From the NCBI GenBank assembly GCA_048213135.1, contig PS015288.1, positions 54,673-101,166 on the forward strand: DNA of 46,494 nt. The letters are read 5' to 3'. A model generated the notes under the pieces. That model was not told the DNA's origin, ran no database searches, and was given only the letters and a program-made list of their open reading frames with translations. The translations under genes and the position numbers were made by a program. This document shows positions 1 through 13,139 of this stretch, piece by piece (within the stretch, counting starts at the first letter, position 1; each line of letters starts with the position of its first letter). The DNA is from Reclinomonas americana ATCC 50394. Lineage: Eukaryota.

Positions 1-312
1 CCCTTTCGGACAACCTTGCAGATTTTCGGACAAGACAATGAAGGGCTTGTTGGGGTGAGTGGGTGAGGAAGAGGAGCAAGGAAGAGGGGGAAACAATGTG
101 GAAGAGAGGAAGCAGCGACGTTAAAGCGGGTGAGGAGGAATATGCGAAGAATAAAAAAATGCAAACGTCGCAAACATCGACACTGGGAAACGCACACAAG
201 CAAGGGAATGGATGGTGGTGCGGTGTGCTTTGACGAAACCAGCGGCATCAGTGGTGCAAGGATTCATTGGACACAGGCAAAGAGAATAGAAGAAGGCACG
301 CAATCGCTCTTC

Positions 313-3300
313 TCACGTCACCACCGCCAGTCCCGACCCGTACAAGCAGGCGATTTCGGTTCCGCTGACCACGCGGTTCCACAACACAAAGTCGTCGATG
401 AACGCCGTGGTGGCAAAGTTGAACGATCCGGATCCGTCGGCGCCGATCGCGAATGTCCCCGTGCCCAGAGATTCGAGACCGGTGGTTCCCAGTGGCTCAA
501 AGGTGGCCGTCAGCACTCCGTCTTGATACACTCGCATCTCGTTGAGCGGGCGATCCACCACCATGACCAGATGATGCCAGGCGCCATTGCGGTAGTCAAT
601 GCCAATATCGATTCTGTTGTTGTTACTGAGACGCGCGTTGGCGAACGCAGCGCGCAATGTCGTGAATCCCCAGCCTGTGGGTCGACAACAGGTAAGAGGG
701 AAGCCTCACGTGTGCGGACGCGGTGTCGGCGAGTAGCACTCGCCTGTGTTTCCACCAGAAATCCAATTCTTGTTGCCAAACAGCAGCGAGTTGACCGTGT
801 ACGATGTGCGTACCCAGGCACCCACGGTGAAGCCTTTGGCATCATCGAACGTCGACGACAGTGCAGTCCCAAATGTGACGGCCCAGTCGAGAGCTGGACC
901 GCCGTTTCCTGAACCAGAATTCGTATTCAAGAAGGAGGCCGAAGTGCCGAACTTGAATGTCGTCGAGTCGTATCGCGCCGCGTTTGCGCCGACTCCCGAC
1001 AACGCGCCATTGATGGTGGCACACCGACTGTTGAGCGACGAATCAAACGGCAGATACACCGTCATGCCGGTGACCAAGTTGGAGCACTGGGCAAGAGAGG
1101 CGACTGCATGAACATTGAATGAGAGTGAGATTGTTTCTGTTTAAAAGAAGTCCCTCCGTCGACGACAACTCACCAGACTTGATCGTATTGCCTGCGGTGA
1201 GGACACAAAAGTGAGGAACACATGAAGACTGCACATCAGATAGTTGGTGCGGGACGCAACAAAAGTTCATGCGTTGCACCAGGAACTTGGTCGAGTCCAC
1301 GGTGTCCTCGGCACGAATGTCGACGTATATCATGCGCGACTGAGACGCCGAGAGTGTCAACGTGGCGCCAAAGAGCGAGAAGAGCGCGGCATCGGGTCCA
1401 CCCGCCATGGAGAACACGGCCGACTGTCCAATATTCATACCCAGTGCGGACAGAGTGCCGACGAGCTCATCGGCCGTGATCGTGAACGCAATGCTGGCTG
1501 GGTTGACGCGACCGAGCTTGGCCAGGCGAATCGAACCGTTCAACACTTGACCAGCAATCGACAAGACTGCACGGTAATACACCGTCACATTCGCCGTCAC
1601 TGTGGCGCTAAAGGCAACCGCCGTGTTGCCGGTGACCGTGGATGGTGTTGGCGTCAACGTCGACACTCCGGATGCCAGAGTCGGTGAAGTCGTGGAGTAC
1701 TCGAATGACACCGTTGCGCCGGCCTGGTTGTAAACATTGGCAGAGCCGTTCAGCTGACCAGACTCGATGGCAAGAACGGTGGCTCTGTTTGTTGTGCACG
1801 CGGCGGTGACTGCAACGAGAACGATTAGAAACTCGTGAAACTACCAAACTCCACCAAGGGGGGTGACGCAACGAATGGTAAACGTTTTGCTAAAGAGCAG
1901 CGTCGAGTCAACGGTATCGACAGCCTGAACGGTCACTACCAGGCCAGTGCCAGACTGGCCAGCGGCCGTGATGCGAAGGGTGTTCGTGGAGATGTTGAAG
2001 ACGGTCTGATTCGTGCCACCGGTGATGGTGTAGGTGAACGCTTGACCGGCACTGGCGACCGCAGCGAGCGTGCCAACCACTTGATTCGCTGTTGATGGCG
2101 GGGTATATGCAATTGGTACGAGTGTGATGTCCGTAGGCGTAATGCGCGCAAGAGTGCTGAACTGGAATCCCTGGCCAACCACGGTCTTCCCAGAGATTGT
2201 CACCGACACACGGAAGTAGTACGTGGTGTTGACAGTGAGTCCAGTAATGGACGCCGAGATAGTGATGGGAGTCGAGCCGGTGAGTGTGGATGGCGTGACG
2301 GCAGTGTCAGCCACTCCAGACGCGAACGTGGAAACGGTGGCCCGCTGGAACTTGACTGAGGTGGCCGTGCCGTAGGGAGTGAACGTGCCGTTGAAGGTGG
2401 CGGCTGTGATCTGCCGGCCAGTGGCAGAGACCGCCACAGCCTGGACACCGTCTGTTTGATCGCATTGATGAGCATGAAGGATGTGCGTCATGAGTGGTGA
2501 TAAGAGATAAATTACGCAACTAATAGTGAAACTCATTGAGAACGAAATCGACGAGTCGGCCGCGTCTGCGACCTTGACAATCACCACCAGACCGTCGCGA
2601 CTCTCACCCGCAGCCGTGATGCGCAGATCGCTTCCGGAAATGTTGAACACGCTTGCATTTGTGCCGCCGTCAATGGAGAAGGCGTATGACTGGCCGTTAG
2701 CGGGTGACGGAGTCGCACTCAGTGACCCGACGACAACGTTGGCAGTCGAGGGTGGATAGAATACCACCGCGGTAATGGCGACGGCCGTTGGCGTCACTCG
2801 CTGTGCAGTGGTGAATGTCACCGCGGTGCTGCGAATGGAATTGCCATCCACACTCAGCACGACGCGGTAATAATAGACAGTGTTGTGCGTCAGCGACACT
2901 GCGCTGCCCGACAGAGTGGTGGCTGTCGAGCCAGTCACGGTGTCGGGAGTGGACGTGACCGTGACGGGACTCGTGAACTGATCCGAGGTTGACAACTCAA
3001 ACGAGACCGTCGCGCCAGTGGCACCAAATGGATTCGCCGATCCATTCAGGGTGGCAGTGTTGAACGAGATAGATGTCGCAGCGGCAGCGGTGGCTTGCAG
3101 TCCGTCTGTGCACAGTAAACGAGAAGGTGAGAAGCTGTATAGTATGGAGAATGCACAAAGGGCAGAGACACGCAACTGACGACAAACGTCTTGTCAAAGA
3201 ACACACTTGCATCCGCACTGTCTGCCACACGCACAATCACTTGCAGTCCGGTGCCGGACTGGCCGGCCGCCGTGATGCGCAGATCGCTTCCCGAAATGTT

Positions 3301-6300
3301 GAACACGCTTGCATCGGTGCCGCCCTGCACCGAGAACACAAACGACTGGCCACTGGCGGCTGACGGAGTCACGCTCAGTGACCCCACGACCGTGTTGGCG
3401 GTCGACGGTGGATAGTAGACAGTCGACGACAACGAAATGTCGGTCGGCGTGACAAGGGCGAGGGTGGTGAACGTCGCAGTGGTGCTGCGCACGGTCTTGC
3501 CGTCCGCACTCAACACCACACGGTAATAGTAGACGGTGTCGGGCGTCAGTGAGGCCGCGCTGCCCGACAGAGTGGTGGCCGTCGAGCCAGTCACGGTGCC
3601 GGGAGTGGACGTGACGGTGACGGGACTCGTGAACTGATCCGAGGTTGACAACTCAAACAAGACCGTCGCGCCAGCCACGCCAAATGGATTCGCCGATCCA
3701 TTCAGGGTGGAAGTGCGAACCGTGATGGCTGTGGCAGCGGCAGCGGTGGCCTGCAGTCCATCTGCGCACCAATAAAGAGAAGTTGAGATTGCTGTACAAC
3801 TAAGGTGAATGCACAAAGGGCGGAAACACGCAACTGATGACAAACGTCTTGTCGAAGAACACACTCGCATCCGCACTATCCGCCACACGCACAATCACTT
3901 GCAGTCCGGCGCCAGACTGGCCGGCCGCCGTGATGCGCAGATCGCTTCCTGAGATGTTGAAAACGCTTCCATCGGTGCCGCCCTGCACCGAGAAGACGAA
4001 TGACTGGCCACTGGCGGCTGATGGTGTTGCGCTCAGTGACCCGACGACCGTGTTGGCGGTCGACGGTGGATAGTAGATGGTCGACGACAGTGAAATGTCG
4101 GCCGGTGTCACGAGGGCGAGGGTGGTGAATGTCGCAGTGGTACTGCGCACGGTCTTGCCATCCGCACTCAACACCACACGGTAGTAATAGACAGTGTCCG
4201 GTGTCAGTGAGGCCGCGCTGCCCGACAACGTGGTGGCCGTCGAGCCAGTCACGGTGCCGGGAGTGGACGTGACGGTGACGGGACTCGTGAACTGATCCGA
4301 GGTTGACAACTCAAACGAGACCGTCGCACCGGCCACATCGAACGGATTCGCCGATCCGTTCAGAGTGGCAGAACGGACCGTGATGGCTGTGGCAGCAGCG
4401 GCGGTGGCCTGCAGTCCATCTGCGCACCAACAAAGAGAAGTTGAGCTTGCTGTACAAGTATGGAGAATGCACAAAGGGCGGAAACACGCAACTGACGACA
4501 AACGTCTTGTCAAAGAACACACTTGCATCCACACTGTCCGCCACACGCACAATCACTTGCAGTCCGGCGCCAGACTGGTCGGCCGCCGTAATGCGCAAAT
4601 CGCTTCCCGAGATGTTGAACACGCCCTGATCAGTGCCGCCCTGCACCGAGAACACAAACGACTGACCACTGGCGGCCGACGGTGTTGCGCTCAGCGACCC
4701 GACGACTGTGTTGGCAGTCGACGGCGGATAGTAAATGGTCGACGACAATGAAATGTCGGTCGGCGTGACAAGGGCGAGGGTGGTGAACGTCGCAGCAGTG
4801 CTTCGAACGGTCTTGCTATCGGCACTCAGCACCACACGGTAGTAGTAGACGGTGTCCGGTGTCAGTGAGGCCGCGCTGCCCGACAGAGAGGTGGCCGTCG
4901 AGCCAGTCACGGTGTCGGGAGTGGACGTGACCGTGACGGGACTCGTGAACTGATCCGAGGTTGACAACTCAAACGAGACCGTCGCACCGGCCACATCGAA
5001 CGGATTCGCCGATCCGTTCAGAGTGGCAGAACGGACCGTGATGGCTGTGGCAGCAGCGGCGGTGGCCTGCAGTCCATCTGCGCACCAATAAAGAGAAGTT
5101 GAGATTGCTGTACAACTAAGGTGAATGCACAAAGGGCGGAAACACGCAACTGATGACAAACGTCTTGTCGAAGAACACACTCGCATCCGCACTATCCGCC
5201 ACACGCACAATCACTTGCAGTCCGGCGCCAGACTGGCCGGCCGCCGTGATGCGCAGATCGCTTCCTGAGATGTTAAAAACGCTTGCATCGGTGCCGCCCT
5301 GCACCGAGAAGACGAATGACTGGCCACTGGCGGCTGATGGTGTTGCGCTCAGCGACCCGACGACCGTGTTGGCAATCGACGGAGGATAGTAAATGGTCGA
5401 CGACAATGAAATGTCGGTCGGCGTGACAAGGGCGAGGGTGGTGAACGTCGCAGCAGTGCTTCGAACGGTCTTGCTATCGGCACTCAGCACCACACGGTAG
5501 TAGTAGACGGTGTCGGGTGTCAGTGAGGCCGCGCTGCCCGACAGAGAGGTGGCCGTCGAGCCAGTCACGGTGTCGGGAGTGGAGGTGACCGTGACGGGAC
5601 TCGTGAACTGATCCGAGGTTGACAACTCAAACGAGACCGTCGCACCGGCCACGCCAAACGGATTTGCCGATCCATTCAGAGTGGCAGAGTTGATTGTGAC
5701 GGCTGTGGCAGCAGCAGCGGTGGCTTGCAATCCATCTGCGCACCAACAAAGAGAAGTTGAGATTGCTGTACAAGTATGGAGAATGCACAAAGGGCAGAGA
5801 CACGCAACTGATCACAAACGTCTTGTCGAAGAACACACTCGTGTCCACACTGTCCGCCACACGCACAATCACTTGCAGTCCGGCGCCAGACTGGCCGGCC
5901 GCCGTAATGCGCAGATCACTTCCCGAAATGTTGAACACGCTTGCATCGGTGCCGCCCTGCACCGAGAAGACGAATGACTGGCCACTGGCGGCCGACGGAG
6001 TCGCACTCAGTGACCCGACAACCGTGTTGGCGGTCGACGGCGGATAGTAGACAGTCGACGACAACGAAATGTCGGTCGGCGTGACGATGCCAGAGGTGGT
6101 GGTGAAGGTGAGAATGTCGCCATGAGCCGTGGTGCCGCTGTTCATCGCCAGCACCACGCGGAAGTAGTACAGCGCGCTGCGAGTCAGCATAGTCGCGCTT
6201 CCTGCGACGCTGGTAGCCGTATTCGATTCCGTCGAGATTGTGCCCGGAGTGGCCGCCACCATTGTCACATCGCTCGACAAGTCGCTACTGGTGGCCGAGA

Positions 6301-8140
6301 TTTCAAACGACACAGCGGCCGGAATATCCGTCGTCGGCTGCACGGACCCATTCAGCGTGGCCGTGGTGGAGTCAATGTTGCTGGCAGCAATAGTCGTGGC
6401 CGAGTATGTGAACACCGCCGCTGCGAAAACGGAAACAGCACGAAGGCTCGTCAGTGTTCCAGTGAGGGAACATCGAAGAAAAAGCAGGGAGCTGAGGGAA
6501 ACGCACTGAAGGTGAACGACTTGTCATAGAATCGAGTCGGAGTTCCACTGGCGTGCACGCGAATGATGACATGCAGCGTCGTGCTGACTACGCCCGCCGC
6601 CACCAAGCGCAGCTCATCTCCAACAATCACGAAAGCGGTCCTGTCGGCACCGCCGACAATCGCGAACTCTGCGGTCTCGCTGCTGTTCAAGCCGACAGCC
6701 GACAGCGTGCCGACCACGCCGCCGACCACCGACGGAGCCGCGTATGTGCTGCGCGAGCACAATATGTCGGAGGGAATCGTCACCTCGCAGTTGGCGCCGG
6801 TGGCGCCAGGCGGGCAGTTGGGAGCCGCACCAACCGACACGCGCCCAATGGCGACCCACGTGGCGTATGAGATGTTGCCGACACCAGGATTGGTTGCTTG
6901 CACGTCGAAGGCAGTAGTGTACGTCGCATCGTTCACAAAAGCAGTAGCAAGGTTGCCACACGAAATGGAGTGGTTGATCGGCGTGCTGGCTCCACTGGCC
7001 ACCGACTTCCAGCCGCGAAGCAAGCAAACGGCACGAAAGGTGCTGGCGAGAAGGCCGAGCGGCGACGCCGCGGTGACCACGCTGATGGACTTTACCAGGC
7101 TGCTGCCGCTGTGAGACGTCTCTGCAGCAACGAGTCCGAATGTGGGTGAGAGTGTGCGCGCAAAGGTTGGAGAAGCAAGAGCGAGACGAACCGCCCGTGA
7201 GCATCACAAAGCCACCGAGGTCCGAATCGTCGATATGGCCTGGACCCACAATCAGACGAGAAGACAGGCTCCCGACTCGCGCATCGCCCTCCACACGCCC
7301 ACGGACGGTGATCGTGGTGCGCGAGGAGGAGCTTGTCGTCAACACGAAGTCGTCGGAGAGCACGTCGAGGTTGGAACCGTTGCGGAGGGTGAGGGCGCCC
7401 ACCAAGGCCAACGCAGCCGATGGAGTGGACTGGAAGGGATACACCGTTGAGATACTGACGTCCTGGTAGTGTAGAGATTTGAGGTCATAGAAGAAATGCG
7501 AAGGAGGAGTTTCTTGAGATGGTAAAGCAGACCTGGTTAGAGCGCTTGTTGCGTGACGGACCCAGCCAACCACGCCCGTTCGACAGGGTGCGCTGGTCGT
7601 CCATCGAGTATCCGTTGCGGTGGTGCAAGTAGAAGGCAATGTAGTCTGCAAAGGGGGAAAAGGGAAGGGTGAGAAGGTCTGGAAAAGGGAAGGGGTGGGC
7701 AGGGAAAGGAGGAGCAGCAAGGAAAGAGAGAGGGGGAGGAGGGAAGAGAGGAGAAGGGGAGGTAATAATGGAGATCGAGAGCGTGAGAAAGATAGGAGAG
7801 ATAAAGAAGGTAAAAATGCGGGATGCAGGAGCGAGAGGGAGAGGGACAACGAGGAAGAAGGGAGGAGAGAAGGGAAGGTAAGAACGAGGGTGTGCGAGTG
7901 GGAATAGCGCGGAAGGGCAACGGGGAAACAGGGAGGTAAAGGAGGGGAGAAGGGAAGGTAAGTATGACGAAGTGCAAATGGGAGCAGCGCGAGAGGGAAA
8001 CGGGGTAACAGGGGGAAATAGGAGGAGAGAAGGGGAAGGTAAGCACGAGGGAGTGCAAGTGGGAACAGCGCGAGAGGGAAACGAGAGGGGAAAAGGAAGG
8101 CAATAAGGGAGAAACGGGCTGAGAGGGAGGTGGGAAGATC

Positions 8141-8197
<57 letters not shown>

Positions 8198-8329
8198 AGA
8201 AGAAGAGAGAGAGAGAGAGACGTGTCGTCGTCGTAGTGTAGAGAAGAAGAGACGACGACCGTACACACGAGAGAGACGACGACGACGACAGTCGTCGTCG
8301 TCGTCGNNNNNNNNNNNNNNNNNNNNGAC

Positions 8330-8401
<72 letters not shown>

Positions 8402-10532
8402 AGAGAGAGAGAGAGAGACTGCGTTGCCTTATGTGAGAGAAGAGAGCACCGACTCAACTCAGAGTGAACGACTGGACCATGCTGTCGTGCAACACCGCCA
8501 CCTGCACCTGGAAGCCGGTCGAATCCACACGCGGCGCGCGGATGGCAAACGCGGTGGGAACAGGAGGTGCTCCACCACCGACTGGCACATTGGAGAAGGC
8601 ACTCAGGCCGAGCAGCACGCGAGGGCGACCGAAGAACGCCTGATCGAACTGCACCGTCACATCGGTGCGTCGAGTGGTCGCCATCACTTGCGCCATCTGC
8701 ACACCAAAACATGAGCACACCGCGCACACACATACTGCCGCTGTTTGAGACTGGAACGCAACCTCGGATGTGGCCTGATTGGCAGTCGACGACGACGCCT
8801 CGGTCGCAAAGCCGCTGGTGAGGGAATGCTGCGCATCGACGTACTCGCCATTGTTGGTGGCCACGCACACCTTCAGCGCGGATCCGCCTCGCGCGGCATT
8901 CGGCGTCACACGGAAGCGGAAGAACGAGCAGCCAGACGCATGCGTGCAGCCGGCAGCGCCCACGCGCGTCACGATGGCGCCCGACGCGCCCGCGGCAGTG
9001 GTGTACTCGGCCGTGCTGGCGCAGTCCTTGTCGACGGCCACCACCTTGACGTGCGTGCACGAGGTGAAGTTGTCGGCAGTCGCACGCACGATGACGGTGG
9101 TGGGCACGCCAAACGGCAACACCGTCGGGTTGGCAAACGAGATCACAGTGGGCGGCGAGGCATCGACGACGGCGATTGGCGTGGAAGACAAGAGGAGGAG
9201 GGGGCCGGGGCCGGACTGGAAACTGTGTGAGGGGGTGAGGGGAAAGGGAGGGGAAATGGAAAAGAAGAGGGAGGATGAGGGGAATGGAAAAGAAGACAGG
9301 ATGAGGGCAAGGAATGGAGAGGTGAGGGGAAAAGAAGAGAAGAAGGAGGGCAAGGAATGGTGAGATGAGGTGAAGAGAAAGAAGAGGAGGATGAGGGTAA
9401 GGAATGCAGAGGTGAGGGAAAAGGGAAGGGAAAGGGATGAGGATGAGGGCAAGGAGTGGAGAGGTGAGGGGAAAGCGAAAGAAGAGGGAGGATGAGGGGA
9501 AAGAATGGAGAGGTGAGGGTGAATGAAAACAAGAGAGAGGATGAGGATGCAGGAGAGAGGATGCAAGCAAGGGTGGATCAACAGCTCAGAGGAAGGATGC
9601 AACCGAGGAAGATGAAAACAGAGAGACTGATGAGGAAGAAAGCCGCAGAGGACGCAACGAGATAAGAGGCCGAGAGAGAGTGTGCGTGTGTGTGGATCAC
9701 TCACCGCCCACACAGGTAGTACGCGCCAGCCGTCGCCACCGCGCACGTACCACTCGCCATCGCCGCCAACGAACCGACACTGCCTTCGGCGAGGAACGCC
9801 GAGCCAGTCGCCACACTCAGCGTCAGCTTCTCACCGTCGGCCTGCGTGGAGATGGACGACACGGAGAGGTTGGGCACGGCGGAGGCGCACGCGGAGTCGG
9901 CATAAAAGCCAATCGTCACAGGCGCAGCGGCCGACACGAGATGCTTGCCGGACACAGCGACGGTGACTGCCTCTTGACCGGAAACCAGCGTGTTGGGTGT
10001 CACGGACGACACGGTGACTGTACACATGCATAACAGAGTGAACGACTGATATCAGCAGTGGGCAAGGAGGAGCTGACGAACGCAACAGACGTGCAGCATG
10101 CCGACCAACTGCAACTCGGCTCCGACAACTGCAGAGACGCAGACAAACCGCACGCCGGCGACGGTGTCCAGTGTGGTGTCGAACGACAGGTCGACTTGTA
10201 CGTGGTCAGCGGCGACAGTGCCGACATTGTTGACAAAGACAAAAGTGCGCGCGCGACTTCCGCGACACGAGTTGTCGTTGAAGAGTGCGACAGTCGATCC
10301 GGTGGAGAACGGCAGCGACATGGAGACGGTGATGTGTTGCGCGGAGGCCAGCTCGGCCTTGACAGTGAGCACGTTGGGAGTCATGGTGGTGGTGGCGGCG
10401 GCGGCTGCACAAAAATGCACGCATTTTTTGTATGTTTCGCGCCAAAACTCAATGACTGAACACACACGCTGCGTGCAACACACCGGTAATTGTTGACATG
10501 CTGCACATGACGAGCATTGCACACACCGCCAT
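313..10532 (-). CDS. Giant multi-exon secreted adhesin/lectin-like protein (~2,600 aa): signal peptide, Ig-like beta modules, H-type-lectin-like domains, EGF-like motif, cadherin-like domain, 8x (FN3-like + cadherin-like), C-terminal LamG/ConA-like domain
   Basis: About 19 exons join in consistent phase. Hydrophobic N-terminus MAVCAMLVMCSMSTITA. H-lectin-like DVTVQFDQAFFGRPRVLLGLSAF...TGFQVQV...SFTLNYIAF. EGF-like CPPGATGANCE. FN3-like ATLNGSANP...LTPDTVYYYRVV...TFTT. Cadherin-like PTDISLS...VVGSLSAT...FNISGSDLRI...FDKTF. LamG FTVGAWVRT...WHHLVMVVDR...IDDFVLWNRVVSGTEIACLY. The start codon is uncertain and may lie ~200 bp further upstream. Confidence 0.85.
1261..6420 (-). repeat. Intragenic tandem repeat, ~658-bp unit (one exon + one intron), 8 copies
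   Basis: Exon starts at 3105, 3761, 4419, 5077 and 5735 (spacing 656-658). Central copies are nearly identical, introns included. Outer copies (1809, 2451, 6420) are more diverged. Confidence 0.95.
7650..8420. repeat. Intronic purine/pyrimidine tract and (GA)n microsatellite, representative of many in the window
   Basis: Long (GA)n runs flanking N gaps; similar tracts at 16660-16780, 25230-25290, 40190-40760 and 46380-46470. Confidence 0.95.
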
Positions 10533-10813
10533 GAGGCGAACGAGTGCCCACAGCGTGGCATGACGGCGTGCGTCTGCAGAGAAGAAGGGAGTGTGAGTGA
10601 GAGAAGCGAGAGAGAGAGAGAGAGAGAGAGAGAAGAAAGAGAAACGCAGTGAGTGCTGCATCAGAAAACTGTGACGCTCCCATGTTGCCTTTTTCTGAGT
10701 GGCGTCACCTTTGCTCGCACACATCTTCACGAAAGAGGTACTCGCTGTCCTGATGTGACAGAATTGGGTGACTCGCGGGGTTATGTGCATCCACATGGGG
10801 TCGTGTAGTGTGC

Positions 10814-10853
<40 letters not shown>

Positions 10854-12094
10854 CGGTGTGTACATGTGGGGAGGAGGGTTGTGTACACTGCAGCGAGAGG
10901 AGGAGTTGTTGGGAAACAAGGTTGCAGGACCGAACAAATGGAGTTTTCCAAAGTTTTAGACTCTTTCGGGTCACCGAGCGTACGTGGATTGTGGGTTAGA
11001 AAAGACATATGTGGCAGGAGCATGCGCATCACGACCTGTAGGAGGTGAACGGCGATCGGAGACATGGCTGCGATTTCAGTATCGATATCGTTCCTGAGAT
11101 ATCGACGTGATATTGATATCATGAACATGCGCCATTAGCAACAACAACAACAACTTTACTAATCCAAACAGCAACACAGCTGCATGATGATCACCATCTT
11201 GGATGAGAGCACATGGTCAAGAAGTAGCCATAGTGCAAGCGCCTGCGCATGCAGCTGCAGCCAAGTATTCAAAAAGGTCCTACTAGAAACCGCATGCACC
11301 TCACCATCAACGACGTTGTTACGCCTCCGCCATTTAGCTTGCATCACGGATCCGGACCCGGCTTTGCTGTGTTTGCCTGGCTTTGGCCTTTTCCCGAATT
11401 CGATGTGCCATGTACGATCGCAGAAAACGCTATGCGTCTATGCAAGTGCGTCAAATCCACTGGTCAACCAAGCCTATGCGGTGAAGATCTCAGTTCTTGT
11501 TCGGAGCTCCGAGAGCTCGAGCGAACACAAGAACTTGCTGCTGCCCCAAGACCGGTGTTTGTGTTGATGTTTGGATACGGTTGAACTTTCATCAAGACAG
11601 CTATTGCTTGTTTGTTGGTGAATGAATTTGTTGTTATTGTCGTTGTGCAACTTGCAGATCGTGACCGATCACGAATTCACAAGCAAAGCTGCGAGAGCGA
11701 ACACCCACCCTCAAAAGTACCCTGCCTCTGCCCTCAATGCTAGTGCTTGCGTTGAGGTTGTGTACCAATGGTTGTCTTGCAATTGTGGATATCGATGAAT
11801 TCGAATTAATATTGCTGATGCCGATCGATGTCGTTTTCACAGTCGTTAAGTCGAGAACACAATTCGCGAACCCAGATATAGCCATCCTGCGCTGCTTCTT
11901 CTCCCTCACCTTACGCATGCCCGGGTACCACAAGAAAGCAAAATTGCATATCGTGTCCGAATTCATTTGTCCCAGAAACAGGATGGGACGCAAGGAGAAA
12001 AATAACACTCGTGTGCGCGCGCATTCACCAGCAGACTCACACCCCACTCGCACACACCCTTCCTCTCTCTCTCTCACACACACTCCCACTCCTC

Positions 12095-12619
12095 ATGTTC
12101 TGTGACCGTGATCGATTCAGCGGCAACCGCATCGCCGCACCGCCCTCTTCCTCCACCTCCACCTCCTCCTCGGACGCTGTCTCATCCTCTTCCTCCACCT
12201 CCACGTCCTCCTCCTCTTCCTCTGCGCGCCTCCTCCGTCGCATGCTTGTCCTCGACGAGGTGGCCTTGCACGGAGGCGACCTTGCCGCCGCCGAGCCCTC
12301 AGACACAGACGACGATGTGCTGATTGACGACGAGGCCAGTGAGCGCATGCGACAGTGGTACACCTCGGCTGCTCGCGGACGCATGCACCAGCACGTGCTG
12401 ATTGGCGGCAATAGTGGCGGAGGAGCGTCACCAGTGGACGATGTCGATCAGAGACGCGCGCATCATCATCTCATTGTGGTGTCGTCGTCGTCTCCACGTG
12501 CGTCGCCTGTCATTGCAGTGGCGCCACTGGGAGGCGCAAGTGCAGCTGTGCAGAGTGGCATGGATGATGTGGATCGCCTGTCTGCGTGGCGAGTTGCGTT
12601 CTGCTGCTGTTGCTTGTGA
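12095..12619 (+). CDS. Hypothetical Ser-rich protein (174 aa) ending in CCCCL
   Basis: Intronless ORF from ATG 12095 with coding-like GC-rich codons. Cys-rich CaaX-like C-terminus. No family recognised. Confidence 0.45.
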   Translation: MFCDRDRFSGNRIAAPPSSSTSTSSSDAVSSSSSTSTSSSSSSARLLRRMLVLDEVALHGGDLAAAEPSDTDDDVLIDDEASERMRQWYTSAARGRMHQHVLIGGNSGGGASPVDDVDQRRAHHHLIVVSSSSPRASPVIAVAPLGGASAAVQSGMDDVDRLSAWRVAFCCCCL

Positions 12620-13139
12620 CGCTGCACGGGAATCAATTCTCTCAAGGAGTATTTCCGTCAATGCACAACAGAGACCGTCGTTGGAGGAACGGAGACCGTC
12701 ATTGCTGTTGCGTACTGGCGTGATCATCTCTACTGTCACTCACACACGCACGCTCATCAACTCTTCGTTGTTGCTACAGCTCACGAGCGCGCAGTCGTCT
12801 GCGACTGGACATGATGCTGCCGTTGGGCTTGGTCGCTGGAGGCAGCAGTGGGCTGGCGAGGCGGGCGAGTGTGGCAGCGGCTGCAGCTGCGGCGTCGGCG
12901 GGGCTCGACGATCGGGAGTCGGGTGGGGGCAGCAGCGGTGGGTTGAGTTTTTGAGGGGGAAAAAACGCACGCAAGAGTGGGAGAAGAAAAAATACTGTCG
13001 GGGAGAGACGTTTGTTTTGCACAAGATTGACCGCCATGTGACGAAGAAAGAGAGAGAGAGAGAGAGAGAATGGGAGAAGGAATGAAGAAAAGGGTCCATG
13101 TGTGGTGGAATTGATCCGGTGCTGCCCGCGGGAAGTCAG

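Noticed and set aside
8697-8735. 39-nt in-frame GT-AG segment as a certain intron
   Set aside because: It has no stop and is shorter than the other introns, so it cannot be resolved without cDNA.
6614-9746. Long ORFs rich in LSLSLS/PPP (also 26387-27748 and ORFs spanning N runs)
   Set aside because: They are translations of stop-poor CT/GA intron tracts or gaps; only the embedded exons are credible.
11159-11960. Short ORFs as a possible gene or transposon remnant (also 28689-29168)
   Set aside because: No recognisable motifs, terminal repeats or consistent splice model.
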